Positions 38,688 to 47,656 of a stretch of DNA of 64,000 nucleotides are shown here, piece after piece (within the stretch, counting starts at the first letter, position 1; each line of letters begins with the position of its first letter). The notes below the pieces were generated by a model that ran no database searches, was not told the origin of the DNA, and saw only the letters and a list, made by a program, of their open reading frames with translations. The stretch lies in contig JAFVGW010000034.1 in the NCBI GenBank assembly GCA_017474765.1, forward strand, positions 22,502 through 86,501, read 5' to 3'. The position numbers were made by a program, and so were the translations under genes. This DNA comes from Salinivirgaceae bacterium. GTDB lineage: Bacteria; Bacteroidota; Bacteroidia; Bacteroidales; SZUA-534.

Positions 38688-39704
38688 ATGTTAACGCAAA
38701 ATTCAATAATCACCGCCCTGCTTCTCGACCGCCGCTTCCATTGGTTGCGGTACGCCAGCCTGTGCGTTGCGATGCTCGTTTTCAGCGTTTCCGAGATAAC
38801 GTTCAACTACAGTATGCTGCTCGGCGATGCGGCCCACCGATTTGTTGTTATATTACTGATTAGCAATTGTTTTCTTTGCAAGGTAGCGTTGCTTGCGGCG
38901 CTTGTTGAGGTGCTTGTGCCGCGCATTCTCAACCGCGGCCGCTACGGGCTGTTCACCATTACGCTGATAGCCGTTTCCACGGTGTTTGTGGTGCTGCAGT
39001 ACGTGATTGAAGGCGGCATTTGCGCCCAATGCCACATTGCGTCGCGCTACACGGCCCCGCTGCACTACATTGCGCTCGACGCGATGGTGCTCAATATGCA
39101 GTGGTTCATAGTCGTAATTGGCGTATTATTAGGACTTTGCATAAAGCGAATGGCGCAGGAGCAACAGTGCAGTCAGCAGCAGCAGGCGGAGCAGGCGCAG
39201 ATGGAGTCGGCACTGATAAAACAACAGATTTCGCCCGAAATGCTCTGCACCACGCTTCACACCTGCGGTCAGCGCACGCAAAGCGATGCCGAAGCCACGT
39301 CGGCCGCCCTGTTGCAGTTCAGCAAGGTGCTGCGATACCAACTCTACGACAGCCGCCGCGAGCGGTCGCTACTCAAAAGCGAGATTGATTTCGTGCGCGA
39401 ATATCTCGCCGTCCTGCAGTTCGATGGCGTTTGCAAATCGTTCACAATCAATGTTGAAGGCTCGATAATGGGCGTTATGGTGCCGCCGCTCGTCTTCACG
39501 TCGCTGATGCAGTACAGCGAGCCAGTCACCAATATCGATTGTCTGTTCACAGTCGGTGCTGATAATCTGCAGTTTACGCTTGCCGATGGTCGCGCCGATG
39601 CCGATTTTGCCGATGCCTGCAAGCGCCTGTCGCTGCTCTATGCCGACCGTTACTCGCTGACAATCAGTTCCGCACACATTTGTCTAACAATCCCAATCAG
39701 TTAG
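38688..39704 (+). CDS. Degenerate LytS/YehU-type sensor kinase paralog (predicted pseudokinase)
   Basis: The multi-TM N-terminus plus coiled coil is collinear with the downstream kinase (YQLYDSRRERSLLKSEIDFVREYL aligns with YQFADSRRERVNLLTDIQFLRDFL). However, the H-box is QISPEMLCTTLH rather than QINPHFLFN, and the N-box and G-box equivalents are missing. Confidence 0.6.
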   Translation: MLTQNSIITALLLDRRFHWLRYASLCVAMLVFSVSEITFNYSMLLGDAAHRFVVILLISNCFLCKVALLAALVEVLVPRILNRGRYGLFTITLIAVSTVFVVLQYVIEGGICAQCHIASRYTAPLHYIALDAMVLNMQWFIVVIGVLLGLCIKRMAQEQQCSQQQQAEQAQMESALIKQQISPEMLCTTLHTCGQRTQSDAEATSAALLQFSKVLRYQLYDSRRERSLLKSEIDFVREYLAVLQFDGVCKSFTINVEGSIMGVMVPPLVFTSLMQYSEPVTNIDCLFTVGADNLQFTLADGRADADFADACKRLSLLYADRYSLTISSAHICLTIPIS

Positions 39705-39706
39705 TT

Positions 39707-40768
39707 ATGGCCACCTTCGACAGTTTCTTCAACAAAGTGCTTTTCAGTGGCAAGTATCGGATTGTCAGACATTTGCTGTTCCAGTTACCGATATTTATGA
39801 TGTCGCTCAACGCATTCGGTGCCGCCGACGGACGGCTTTTCGATTTCAGCCGCCAGAACGTGCCGCAGTGGCTGATAATGTACGTCTATCTGCTAACGTG
39901 TTGGTACGTAAATATTTACATACTAACGCCGCGATTCTTCTTCAAAGACAAGATTCTGAAATTTACCATTTCCACAATTCTGCTTTCGCTGCCGTTCGGT
40001 GTTTTGAAGGTTTTGTCGGAAGTTTTTATGAATTACTCTGTTCATAATTCACTGATTATAAGTTCTATAAACGTGGCGTCGAGTTTTCTGTCGATGGTTT
40101 TGCTGTCGGTGGCGCCAACCAGCCTGCTGCTGTTCCGACGGACGGCGCTGCAGAACCTGCGCAACCGCGAGTTGCAGGCCGCCACGGCGCAGACAGAGTT
40201 GAAAATGCTTAAGCAACAGATAAATCCGCATTTTCTGTTCAATATGATAAACAACGTCAACGTGCTTGTGCGCCGCGAGCCAGCGCAGGCGTCGGCGCTG
40301 CTCTACAGGCTCGAGGACCTAATCCGCTACCAGTTTGCCGACAGCCGCCGCGAGCGCGTCAACCTGCTGACCGACATACAGTTCCTTCGCGATTTTCTCG
40401 ACCTTGAGCAGGTGCGCCGCACGGGCTTCACTTATAAGATTGATACTGACGGCATTACCGACGACGTTGAGGTACCGCCGTTGCTTTTCATTCCGTTTGT
40501 CGAGAACGCCGTGAAGCACAACAGCGATGGCGAAAACGGCTCGTGGGTGAACATAAGTTTCTGTCTTGCAGACGGTTTGCTGACGTTTGTCTGCCAGAAC
40601 TCGAAACCCGCCGTTGCGCCCGTGCCCACCAAAGCCAGCGGCATTGGCCTGAAAAATATCAGCCGACGGCTCGAACTGCTCTATAGTAATCGGCACACGC
40701 TTTCCATTACCGATGAAAATGGTATATTTACGGTGAGGTTGAGGATTGAATTGAAAATTGAAAGTTGA
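39707..40768 (+). CDS. LytS/YehU-type sensor histidine kinase (His_kinase + HATPase_c)
   Basis: H-box LKQQINPHFLFNMINN, N-box PLLFIPFVENAVKHN and G-box GIGLKNISRRLELLY, with 5-6 N-terminal TM helices. Confidence 0.85.
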   Translation: MATFDSFFNKVLFSGKYRIVRHLLFQLPIFMMSLNAFGAADGRLFDFSRQNVPQWLIMYVYLLTCWYVNIYILTPRFFFKDKILKFTISTILLSLPFGVLKVLSEVFMNYSVHNSLIISSINVASSFLSMVLLSVAPTSLLLFRRTALQNLRNRELQAATAQTELKMLKQQINPHFLFNMINNVNVLVRREPAQASALLYRLEDLIRYQFADSRRERVNLLTDIQFLRDFLDLEQVRRTGFTYKIDTDGITDDVEVPPLLFIPFVENAVKHNSDGENGSWVNISFCLADGLLTFVCQNSKPAVAPVPTKASGIGLKNISRRLELLYSNRHTLSITDENGIFTVRLRIELKIES

Positions 40769-40790
40769 AAATTGACAATGAACAATTTAG
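40743..40790. repeat. 7-nt periodic TTGAAA(A/G) array spanning the kinase stop codon
   Basis: TTGA occurs at 40747, 40751, 40758, 40765 and 40772. The last 8 codons of the kinase (LRIELKIES) are encoded by the array. Confidence 0.65.
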
Positions 40791-40808
40791 ACAAAAGGCA
40801 TTTTTATA

Positions 40809-40816
40809 TATATTTG
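40809..40816 (+). promoter_or_regulatory. Bacteroidota -7 promoter box (TATATTTG)
   Basis: Matches TAnnTTTG 27 nt upstream of the antitoxin ATG at 40843. Confidence 0.45.
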
Positions 40817-40842
40817 TACGTCAATTATAAATAGGTACGATT

Positions 40843-41055
40843 ATGAGTTTCGATGTTCTTGAAAAAACCTATAAAACACTGACTGAACAGCAGCAGTTAA
40901 TGGTTTACGATTTGGCACTTTCGCTATCAAAACTCAATATGGCGCCCAAAAACGAGCCGACGTCGAAACGCGTGTTCGGCAAGTTCTCAAAAACTGCAAA
41001 AGCGCATTTTTCCGATAATTGGGAAATGTCAGAAGAAGAAATGTGCGGTTTATGA
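40843..41055 (+). CDS. DUF2281-like antitoxin (TA pair 2)
   Basis: 70 aa. The N-terminal LEKTYKTLTEQQQLMVYDLALSL parallels antitoxin 1. It overlaps the PIN gene by ATGA. Confidence 0.6.
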   Translation: MSFDVLEKTYKTLTEQQQLMVYDLALSLSKLNMAPKNEPTSKRVFGKFSKTAKAHFSDNWEMSEEEMCGL

Positions 41056-41453
41056 AATATTTAATTGACACACACATTCTTATATGGCTTGCCATATCGC
41101 CGCAAGAAATCTCAAAAGATGCGCTTCGCACATTGGAAAATCCTGAAAACAAGGTATTTGTATCCACCATATCTCTTTGGGAAATCGCAATCAAACTTTC
41201 AATCGGGAAATTAGATTTGCAAGGATTGAAAATATCTGATTTAGTGCAATTTTGCGATGAACAAAATATCAGGATAATTCAATTGCCATTGTCGGCTGTC
41301 GAACAATACCAAAGGCTTCCTAAAAAGGAAAACCACAAAGACCCTTTTGACAGATTGCTGATATCGCTCTCTATTGCAGATAATTACACTTTTGTCTCGG
41401 CCGACGGCAAAGTGGATTTGTACCGCGAAGACGGATTGGTTTATATAAACTAA
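41052..41453 (+). CDS. vapC: PIN-domain toxin (VapC-like, TA pair 2)
   Basis: MKYLIDTHILIW, SLWEIAIK, HKDPFDRLLI and FVSADGK give the conserved PIN acidic residues. Confidence 0.8.
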   Translation: MKYLIDTHILIWLAISPQEISKDALRTLENPENKVFVSTISLWEIAIKLSIGKLDLQGLKISDLVQFCDEQNIRIIQLPLSAVEQYQRLPKKENHKDPFDRLLISLSIADNYTFVSADGKVDLYREDGLVYIN

Positions 41454-41486
41454 ACTCTAAACTTCTCACCTTCTAAACCTTTCCCA
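41451..41486. repeat. Short TAAAC(T/C)T / CTTCT word stretch between the PIN stop and the response regulator start
   Basis: The sequence is taaactctaaacttctcaccttctaaacctttccc. It is G-free and fills the whole 33-nt spacer. Confidence 0.45.
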
Positions 41487-42203
41487 ATGAACTGCATAAT
41501 AGTTGATGATGAGCCACTTGCGCGCGAGGCGATAGAGATTCTGCTTGAGTCGGCACCCGAACTGACGCTGATTGGAACATTCGGCAGCGCATTGGCGGCG
41601 CAGCGTTTCCTGTCGCAGACGCAGGTCGATTTAGCCTTTCTCGACATTCAGATGCCAGGCCTGACGGGCATTGAGTTCGCCCGCACCATTTCGCCGCAAA
41701 CGCTTGTGATTTTCACCACCGCCTATTCCGAATACGCCATTGACAGTTACGAGGTGGATGCCGTCGATTTTCTTGTGAAACCAGTTGAAAAAGAGCGTTT
41801 TCTGAAGGCTGTCGATAAGGCCGTGAGTTACTTCAAACTGCTCACGCAGGGCGACAAGCAGAACATTGAGCCAGGTGCCGACGATTACTTTTTCGTCAAG
41901 TCGGACCGCAAGTACTGCAAGGTCTGCTTTGCCGACATTCTGTTTGTCGAAGGCCTGAAGGATTATGTGGTGCTTCAACTTGAAAGTCAGAAGATTATCA
42001 CCCGAATGAACCTGAAAGGCATATCAGCCTTGCTGCCGCCGTCGATGTTTATGCGCGTCAGCAAGTCGTACATTGTCAACACCACCCATATCGATGCCTT
42101 CGACAACAACGACATTTACATTGGTCCGCACGAAATCGCTATCGGCGAGAGTTTCAGAGACGAGTTTTTTGATGCGTTTGTGAAGGGGCAGCGGAAGGGG
42201 TAG
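41487..42203 (+). CDS. LytTR-family DNA-binding response regulator
   Basis: Receiver domain MNCIIVDDEPLAREAI...DLAFLDIQMPGLTGIEF...VIFTTAY, with a C-terminal LytTR domain (FFVKSDRKYCKVCFADILFVEGLKDYVVL). Confidence 0.88.
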   Translation: MNCIIVDDEPLAREAIEILLESAPELTLIGTFGSALAAQRFLSQTQVDLAFLDIQMPGLTGIEFARTISPQTLVIFTTAYSEYAIDSYEVDAVDFLVKPVEKERFLKAVDKAVSYFKLLTQGDKQNIEPGADDYFFVKSDRKYCKVCFADILFVEGLKDYVVLQLESQKIITRMNLKGISALLPPSMFMRVSKSYIVNTTHIDAFDNNDIYIGPHEIAIGESFRDEFFDAFVKGQRKG

Positions 42204-42363
42204 AAAATTTATCATCAGCATTGCGACATATAGTTTTCATTGCCAGCAACAATCAAAACAACTTTTTCTTCAACTGCAGATTTTTTTATGAAAAAATCAA
42301 ATGGCAGTAACAATCGGTTGCAAATCTGCGTATATGGAGTTTTTTAGAAAAAACGACAGGACG

Positions 42364-44652
42364 ATGGCAACAAGCAAAATACTCAAACTCACGGCAATTA
42401 TAGCCGTTGTTTTTTTTACATCAACAAGTATCACTCGTGCACAAAATGGAAGTGGAAGTGCCATTGACTGGACTGTTCTTATACGACAGCTCGACAGCAC
42501 CCGAATTGCCGTTCAGTCAATGCCCGATGATACCGCAAAATTGTCGAGATACTACTTCATCAGCAGATATTGCTACGATGTTGATTCGGCCGGCAAATAC
42601 TGCCAGTTGTTGCTCGATTTGGCATTTGAGCTGAACGATCAATATTATATCGCTCTAGGCTACAGCTATATGGCACGCTACTACCTTTGGGCTGGCGATT
42701 ACGAAAAAGCCCGCGACTTCAACATGGAAGCCATATATCTTTGGGAAAAACTCGAAAATAAGTACCAACTTGCCAGAGCGAACATGCAATTTGCCTCAAT
42801 CTTGACAGCGCAAAGCCTGTACGACCAAGCATCAAAATACTACCATACAAGCCTTGATGCATTCAAGGAGATTAACGATTCGACGCACATCACACAGGTA
42901 CTTCAAAGTTTGGGAAACATAAACATATTTGTTCGATTCTATCAAAACGCCACCAATTATTTTACTCAGGCTTTAGCCATCGACTCATCGATTAACAACA
43001 CCTACGGCTTGATTGCAGACCACGCCGGACTCGCGCGGGTTTATGTGAACAAATACAAACGTCACCGCCGTGACTCCCTAGCCGAAGAATGGCTGCAACT
43101 ATCAAAATACCATCTGGATACAGCCTATGTTCTGGCGTTGCCTCTGCCAAACATAACCGAAATGCAGCAGCTGCATATTTACAAGGCGATGGTTTATATG
43201 GAATTGGCCGAAAGAGCAAAAGGTAAAGAATTGATGTCCGCACTTGACTCCTGCGAACGGCACTGCAACCTACTTATCAAGTTGAGACACGACTATAATC
43301 TAAGGTCGAATCTGTCGGGAGTTGTAACAATACAGGGCCGTGCACACATGCGCAGAGGCAACCTCGATTCTGCTTTGGTTTATTTTAAAAGAGCCGAAGA
43401 GCTAATAGCCATTGAAAATCCGCGCCGCGAGATTAAAAAAGAGCTGCTTGCTGCATACCGCCAGTACTACGAAACAAAAGGCGACTACCACAAAGCCAAC
43501 CAATACCTGAAAGAGCTAGTCTATCTGCTGATGGACAACAGCAATGACGAAGTAGCGGCACGAGTGGCAATGTCGAAAACCAGAATGGATTTTGAGCAGA
43601 AAATGCGCCAGCGAGCACTTGAAGAATATGAACATGAGCAGCAATATCAAGCGAAAGCCGAAAGACAACGGCTGCTGCTTATTGCCATAATCTCAAGTTT
43701 AGTGGTCATTTCTATAATAATACTGGTTTCAAGCATAAGACGGAAAAAACTCAACCTTATGCTTAACAAGAAAAACACGATGCTCGATGAGAAGAACTAC
43801 CAACTTGTGGCAGCAAAAGAAGAACTTCAATCACAAAACGAACTGCTGAATGTGGCCAACAAGAGTATCACCGACAGCATTATCTATGCCCAACACATTC
43901 AAGAAGCTGTGATACCAAGCACCGACATCATGCGGCAGATTTTCGGCAACTGCCTGATAATGTTCAGTCCATGCAACATTGTGAGCGGCGACTTCTACTG
44001 GGCAGTGAAAATCGGCCGCTACAAAGCGCTTGCCGTGGCCGACTGCACTGGCCATGGGGTACCAGGTGCGCTGATGAGCATGCTAGGCATATCAATGCTA
44101 AATGATATTATTGCCAATATCGACATGAACTCTACACAACTGCAGGCCAGCGAAGTGCTTAACAAACTGCGCGCCAACGTCATTAACGCATTGCGGCAAG
44201 AAATGAGCACCACCAGCAGTCTCGACGGAATTGATATGGCTTTGATATTGATTGACGATGAACGGCATCTGCTTCAATATTCGGGAGCCTGCAGACCGCT
44301 GATTATGATTCGCAACGGAAATCTGACCAAAATTGAACCCGACCGTATGCCAATAGGTATTCACGGCCGTACGTCACCATTCACAAACCATACTATTGAA
44401 ACTGAAGAAGGCGACTATTTTTACGCTTACAGCGACGGCATAACCGACCAATTCAACAATTGCGCTGACAACCAGAAATTCGGGCGAAAAAGACTACACG
44501 AAATGATGCTCGCCAACTATCAGAAACCATTCAGCGAGCAACTACAAATATTCAAGAGCGCATTCAACCACTGGAGGCAGTCAAACGCACAACTTCAGCC
44601 CGCCGAGCAAACCGACGATGTGCTGCTGGTTGGAATCAAAATTCAATTTTAG
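42364..44652 (+). CDS. TPR-repeat sensor / SpoIIE (PP2C-type) protein phosphatase
   Basis: Signal peptide, about 400 aa of TPR-like repeats, one TM helix (LLLIAIISSLVVISIIILV) and a coiled coil. The PP2C/SpoIIE core follows: SGDFYWA...VADCTGHGVPGALMSMLG...DGIDMAL...YSDGITDQF...TDDVLLVGI. Confidence 0.8.
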   Translation: MATSKILKLTAIIAVVFFTSTSITRAQNGSGSAIDWTVLIRQLDSTRIAVQSMPDDTAKLSRYYFISRYCYDVDSAGKYCQLLLDLAFELNDQYYIALGYSYMARYYLWAGDYEKARDFNMEAIYLWEKLENKYQLARANMQFASILTAQSLYDQASKYYHTSLDAFKEINDSTHITQVLQSLGNINIFVRFYQNATNYFTQALAIDSSINNTYGLIADHAGLARVYVNKYKRHRRDSLAEEWLQLSKYHLDTAYVLALPLPNITEMQQLHIYKAMVYMELAERAKGKELMSALDSCERHCNLLIKLRHDYNLRSNLSGVVTIQGRAHMRRGNLDSALVYFKRAEELIAIENPRREIKKELLAAYRQYYETKGDYHKANQYLKELVYLLMDNSNDEVAARVAMSKTRMDFEQKMRQRALEEYEHEQQYQAKAERQRLLLIAIISSLVVISIIILVSSIRRKKLNLMLNKKNTMLDEKNYQLVAAKEELQSQNELLNVANKSITDSIIYAQHIQEAVIPSTDIMRQIFGNCLIMFSPCNIVSGDFYWAVKIGRYKALAVADCTGHGVPGALMSMLGISMLNDIIANIDMNSTQLQASEVLNKLRANVINALRQEMSTTSSLDGIDMALILIDDERHLLQYSGACRPLIMIRNGNLTKIEPDRMPIGIHGRTSPFTNHTIETEEGDYFYAYSDGITDQFNNCADNQKFGRKRLHEMMLANYQKPFSEQLQIFKSAFNHWRQSNAQLQPAEQTDDVLLVGIKIQF

Positions 44653-44745
44653 TGTTGATTCTTAATAATTTCCACGCTGATTGTACAATTTAACGCGCAA
44701 CGCCAAATTGTTATACACCATTCTAAATTCTGTTTTATCTTTGCG

Positions 44746-44753
44746 TAAAAACA
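44746..44753 (+). promoter_or_regulatory. Bacteroidota -7 promoter box (TATCTTTG)
   Basis: Matches TAnnTTTG 11 nt upstream of the ATG at 44764. Confidence 0.4.
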
Positions 44754-44763
44754 AACAGAATAA

Positions 44764-45450
44764 ATGAAAGAGCATATCAATTCATTCGTGTTAGGTGCCA
44801 GCATTGTGCTTGGCAGTTATCTACTATATTGTGGCATAGACAATTATGCGCACAAAGACCGTTATGTCTCAGTTAAAGGCTTGGCGGAGCGCGAGGTTAT
44901 GGCCGACAGAGTTGTTTGGCCATTGTCGTTCAACGAGGTTGGCAACAACATGAACCAACTCTACGAAATGATTGAAACCAAACAGCGTACCATTGTCAAC
45001 TTCCTGAAAGAGAACGGCATAAAAGACGATGAGATTACCATTTCGGCACCGTCGGTACTCGACCGCCTGGCACAGCAGTGGACGCAGGAACACGTGCGCG
45101 AGCGCTACCAGACAAGTTGCACTATCACCGTCATATCGTCGGATGTGCCTAAAATTATGTCGATTATGAAGATGCAGCAAGAATTGATGAAAAAAGGCGT
45201 GGCCATTGAAGGCAACTCATACGATATACGGTATCAGTACACTAACTTAAATTCGCTCAAGCCCGAAATGATTGAAGAAGCAACGCGCAATGCCCGCCAA
45301 GTGGCTGAAAAATTCGCGCAAGACGCCGACTGCGATTTGGGCAGCATCAAATTCGCATCACAAGGCCAATTCTCAATCAATGAAGAATACACCACGCCTC
45401 ACATTAAGAATGTCCGTGTGGTGACAACCATTGATTACTATTTGAAATAG
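44764..45450 (+). CDS. SIMPL (DUF541) domain protein
   Basis: 228 aa with an N-terminal TM anchor. The overall pattern VSVKGLAEREV...ITISAPSV...ARNARQVAEKFAQDA...V resembles SIMPL / 26-kDa periplasmic immunogenic proteins. The assignment is from memory only. Confidence 0.55.
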   Translation: MKEHINSFVLGASIVLGSYLLYCGIDNYAHKDRYVSVKGLAEREVMADRVVWPLSFNEVGNNMNQLYEMIETKQRTIVNFLKENGIKDDEITISAPSVLDRLAQQWTQEHVRERYQTSCTITVISSDVPKIMSIMKMQQELMKKGVAIEGNSYDIRYQYTNLNSLKPEMIEEATRNARQVAEKFAQDADCDLGSIKFASQGQFSINEEYTTPHIKNVRVVTTIDYYLK

Positions 45451-45521
45451 TGTAAATAAAACTTTGTACAGACGTGCCAGAGCACATCTCTACTAAATTG
45501 ATAACTAAAAACTATAAAACA

Positions 45522-46337
45522 ATGAAAATCAAAATCTTTTCTTTAATCGCAGCGTCGCTGGTTGCAATCGTTGCGTGCACATCGGCACCTAAAAAGGCTG
45601 AACCAGCAAAACCTAAAGCGCTGGTAATCTTCTATTCGCAGAGCAACACCACTCGCACTGTGGCCCAGGAAATCCAGAAGCAACTGAACTGCGATATTGC
45701 TGAAATTGAGTGTGTTGAGCCATATTCGGGCGACTTCGGCCAGACCATTCAGCGCTGGCAGAAAGAGCAGCAGGAAGGCACACTGCCTGAAATCAAACCA
45801 CTTGCAAAAAACATTAGCGACTACGATGTAATCTTCCTTGGATACCCGATTTGGGGCGGAACTTACGCCATTCCTGTGGCTACTTTCCTGAAAAACACCG
45901 ACTTTGGCGGCAAGAAACTTGTACCGTTCTGCACCTTTGGCAGCGGCGGACTTAACACCAGCGTGGCTGCATTGAAACAGAGCGCCCAAAATGCCGAAAT
46001 CCTTGATGGCTACGGAGTTCGTCAGGCTCGCATTGCCGCTGCTCCAGCCGAGGTTGAGCAATTCCTTATCAAACTTGGCCTGAAAGAAGGTGAAGTTGAG
46101 CAACTGCCCGAATTCTCCGAGCAAAAGGAAGTTACCGACAGCGAAAAGGAAATCTTCCAGCAGGCTTGCAGCAGTTACCAAATGCCGCTCGGCACCCCCG
46201 TAACTGTTGGCTCACGCCCAATAAAAGGCGGCACCGAGTACCTTTACACTGTTGAAGGAATGGGCGGCGCGAAATCGCAGATTTTTGTTTTGGCCAAAGA
46301 AAACGAGCAACCAGAATTCACGCAGGTTGTTCGCTAA
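45522..46337 (+). CDS. Flavodoxin-like lipoprotein
   Basis: Lipobox SLVAIVAC, then a flavodoxin_4-like core KALVIFYSQSNTTRTVA...DVIFLGYPIWGGTYAIPV. Confidence 0.65.
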   Translation: MKIKIFSLIAASLVAIVACTSAPKKAEPAKPKALVIFYSQSNTTRTVAQEIQKQLNCDIAEIECVEPYSGDFGQTIQRWQKEQQEGTLPEIKPLAKNISDYDVIFLGYPIWGGTYAIPVATFLKNTDFGGKKLVPFCTFGSGGLNTSVAALKQSAQNAEILDGYGVRQARIAAAPAEVEQFLIKLGLKEGEVEQLPEFSEQKEVTDSEKEIFQQACSSYQMPLGTPVTVGSRPIKGGTEYLYTVEGMGGAKSQIFVLAKENEQPEFTQVVR

Positions 46338-46358
46338 CAATCAGAAAATTTAAAACAT

Positions 46359-46406
46359 AAGGTTGTCCTAAAAGTCGATAACACCGACTTGGGGCAACCT
46401 TTTTTC
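46359..46406 (+). terminator. Intrinsic terminator-like hairpin after the flavodoxin-like gene
   Basis: AAGGTTGTCC ... GGGGCAACCTT (two G-U pairs, with an inner GTCG/CGAC hairpin) followed by TTTTT. Confidence 0.5.
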
Positions 46407-46451
46407 AAACAGTACCTGTACACAATCATTTTATAATCAACGGCTTATACA

Positions 46452-46955
46452 ATGAAAAATATTTGGCTTTTATTAATGGCACTCGCTCTTGTGGCTTGTA
46501 ACGGACAAAACACCAACAACAAAAGCAAAAGACAAGATAAAATTGTGACAATCAACGGCAAACGGCAATTCAGCGACAAAGATGTCGAGACATTGGTTAC
46601 GAATTTCATTGATGCGATTCTCGCGAGAGACTACCAGAAAGCCATCACCTACTTTGCTCCAGAATACGTTTCGCTCCAACTTGGCGACTTTTTGGATAAC
46701 CGTGTCAATCAGTTTATCGGTGAATATCTGTGGGGACAATACACCGATGCACTAGGCAATACACACTCCGTTTCGCCAAATCTGGACAACATTGTTGCAA
46801 TAAAACTACTGAGTGCCTCTGCCGAAACAGACTATTACACAGCCACAATTGAAATCAAACTCGACAACGGCATTAAATACACAACCGAACTTGGAATAAG
46901 CGTTGAATTTGTCAATTCTATCGAAACACTAACGCTGTATGGTGCTGTTGGCTAA
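46452..46955 (+). CDS. Hypothetical lipoprotein
   Basis: Lipobox LLMALALVAC. No motif recognised. Confidence 0.55.
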   Translation: MKNIWLLLMALALVACNGQNTNNKSKRQDKIVTINGKRQFSDKDVETLVTNFIDAILARDYQKAITYFAPEYVSLQLGDFLDNRVNQFIGEYLWGQYTDALGNTHSVSPNLDNIVAIKLLSASAETDYYTATIEIKLDNGIKYTTELGISVEFVNSIETLTLYGAVG

Positions 46956-46995
46956 CAATTTAGCAGCAAAACCGACATTCTTACCGATTATTCTA

Positions 46996-47592
46996 TCACA
47001 AATCATCGATAACAGCCTTACGATTGGCTTCATTGTTGACTTTGTCGATGTAAGTCATAATAATGTAGCCGCCACCGCAGTCCGATGCAATCCAAGCGCC
47101 ATTCAGCAAAACATTGCCTAGGCCAGTGTCGAAAACGCAACTATACGGGAATTCGAAAGTCTCTTTAACATCGGCAATCAACTTTAAAAGCGCCGTGACA
47201 AAATCATCCTCTTTGGCTATGCGCACACTATCTCTTTGCTGCACAGGCTCGCCATATTTTTCGGTCAGTGCGGCTTGAAGTTTCTTATATTCATCGTAAA
47301 TCATCAAGCGAAAATCATCATTGGCGCGACACATAGGAATCTGCACCCTGACACCATAAACATTGCCAGTTTGTGCCGATGACAGCACCGAGACTTCGCA
47401 ATCGTCATATCCAGCGAAAGAGCCATTTAGAATGCCCGAATCGTCAACCGAATGGAAACCTTTCTGTTTCAATTGGTTGACGAAAACGCCGGTTTTGCCG
47501 TCGATGGGCACGCCTTTGAAAGTCTGATGGTTTTGAGCCATTGTTGTGCAGCCATACACTGCCAACAGACATATAAAAAGAATGTGTTTCAT
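46996..47592 (-). CDS. Hypothetical lipoprotein
   Basis: Start taken at MKHILFICLLAVYGC (lipobox). No motif recognised. Confidence 0.5.
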   Translation of the reverse strand: MKHILFICLLAVYGCTTMAQNHQTFKGVPIDGKTGVFVNQLKQKGFHSVDDSGILNGSFAGYDDCEVSVLSSAQTGNVYGVRVQIPMCRANDDFRLMIYDEYKKLQAALTEKYGEPVQQRDSVRIAKEDDFVTALLKLIADVKETFEFPYSCVFDTGLGNVLLNGAWIASDCGGGYIIMTYIDKVNNEANRKAVIDDL

Positions 47593-47656
47593 AACTGTTT
47601 TTTTTGTTTGATAATCACAAATATAATGAAAAAACTGAGCAAACGCCACTTGTATC

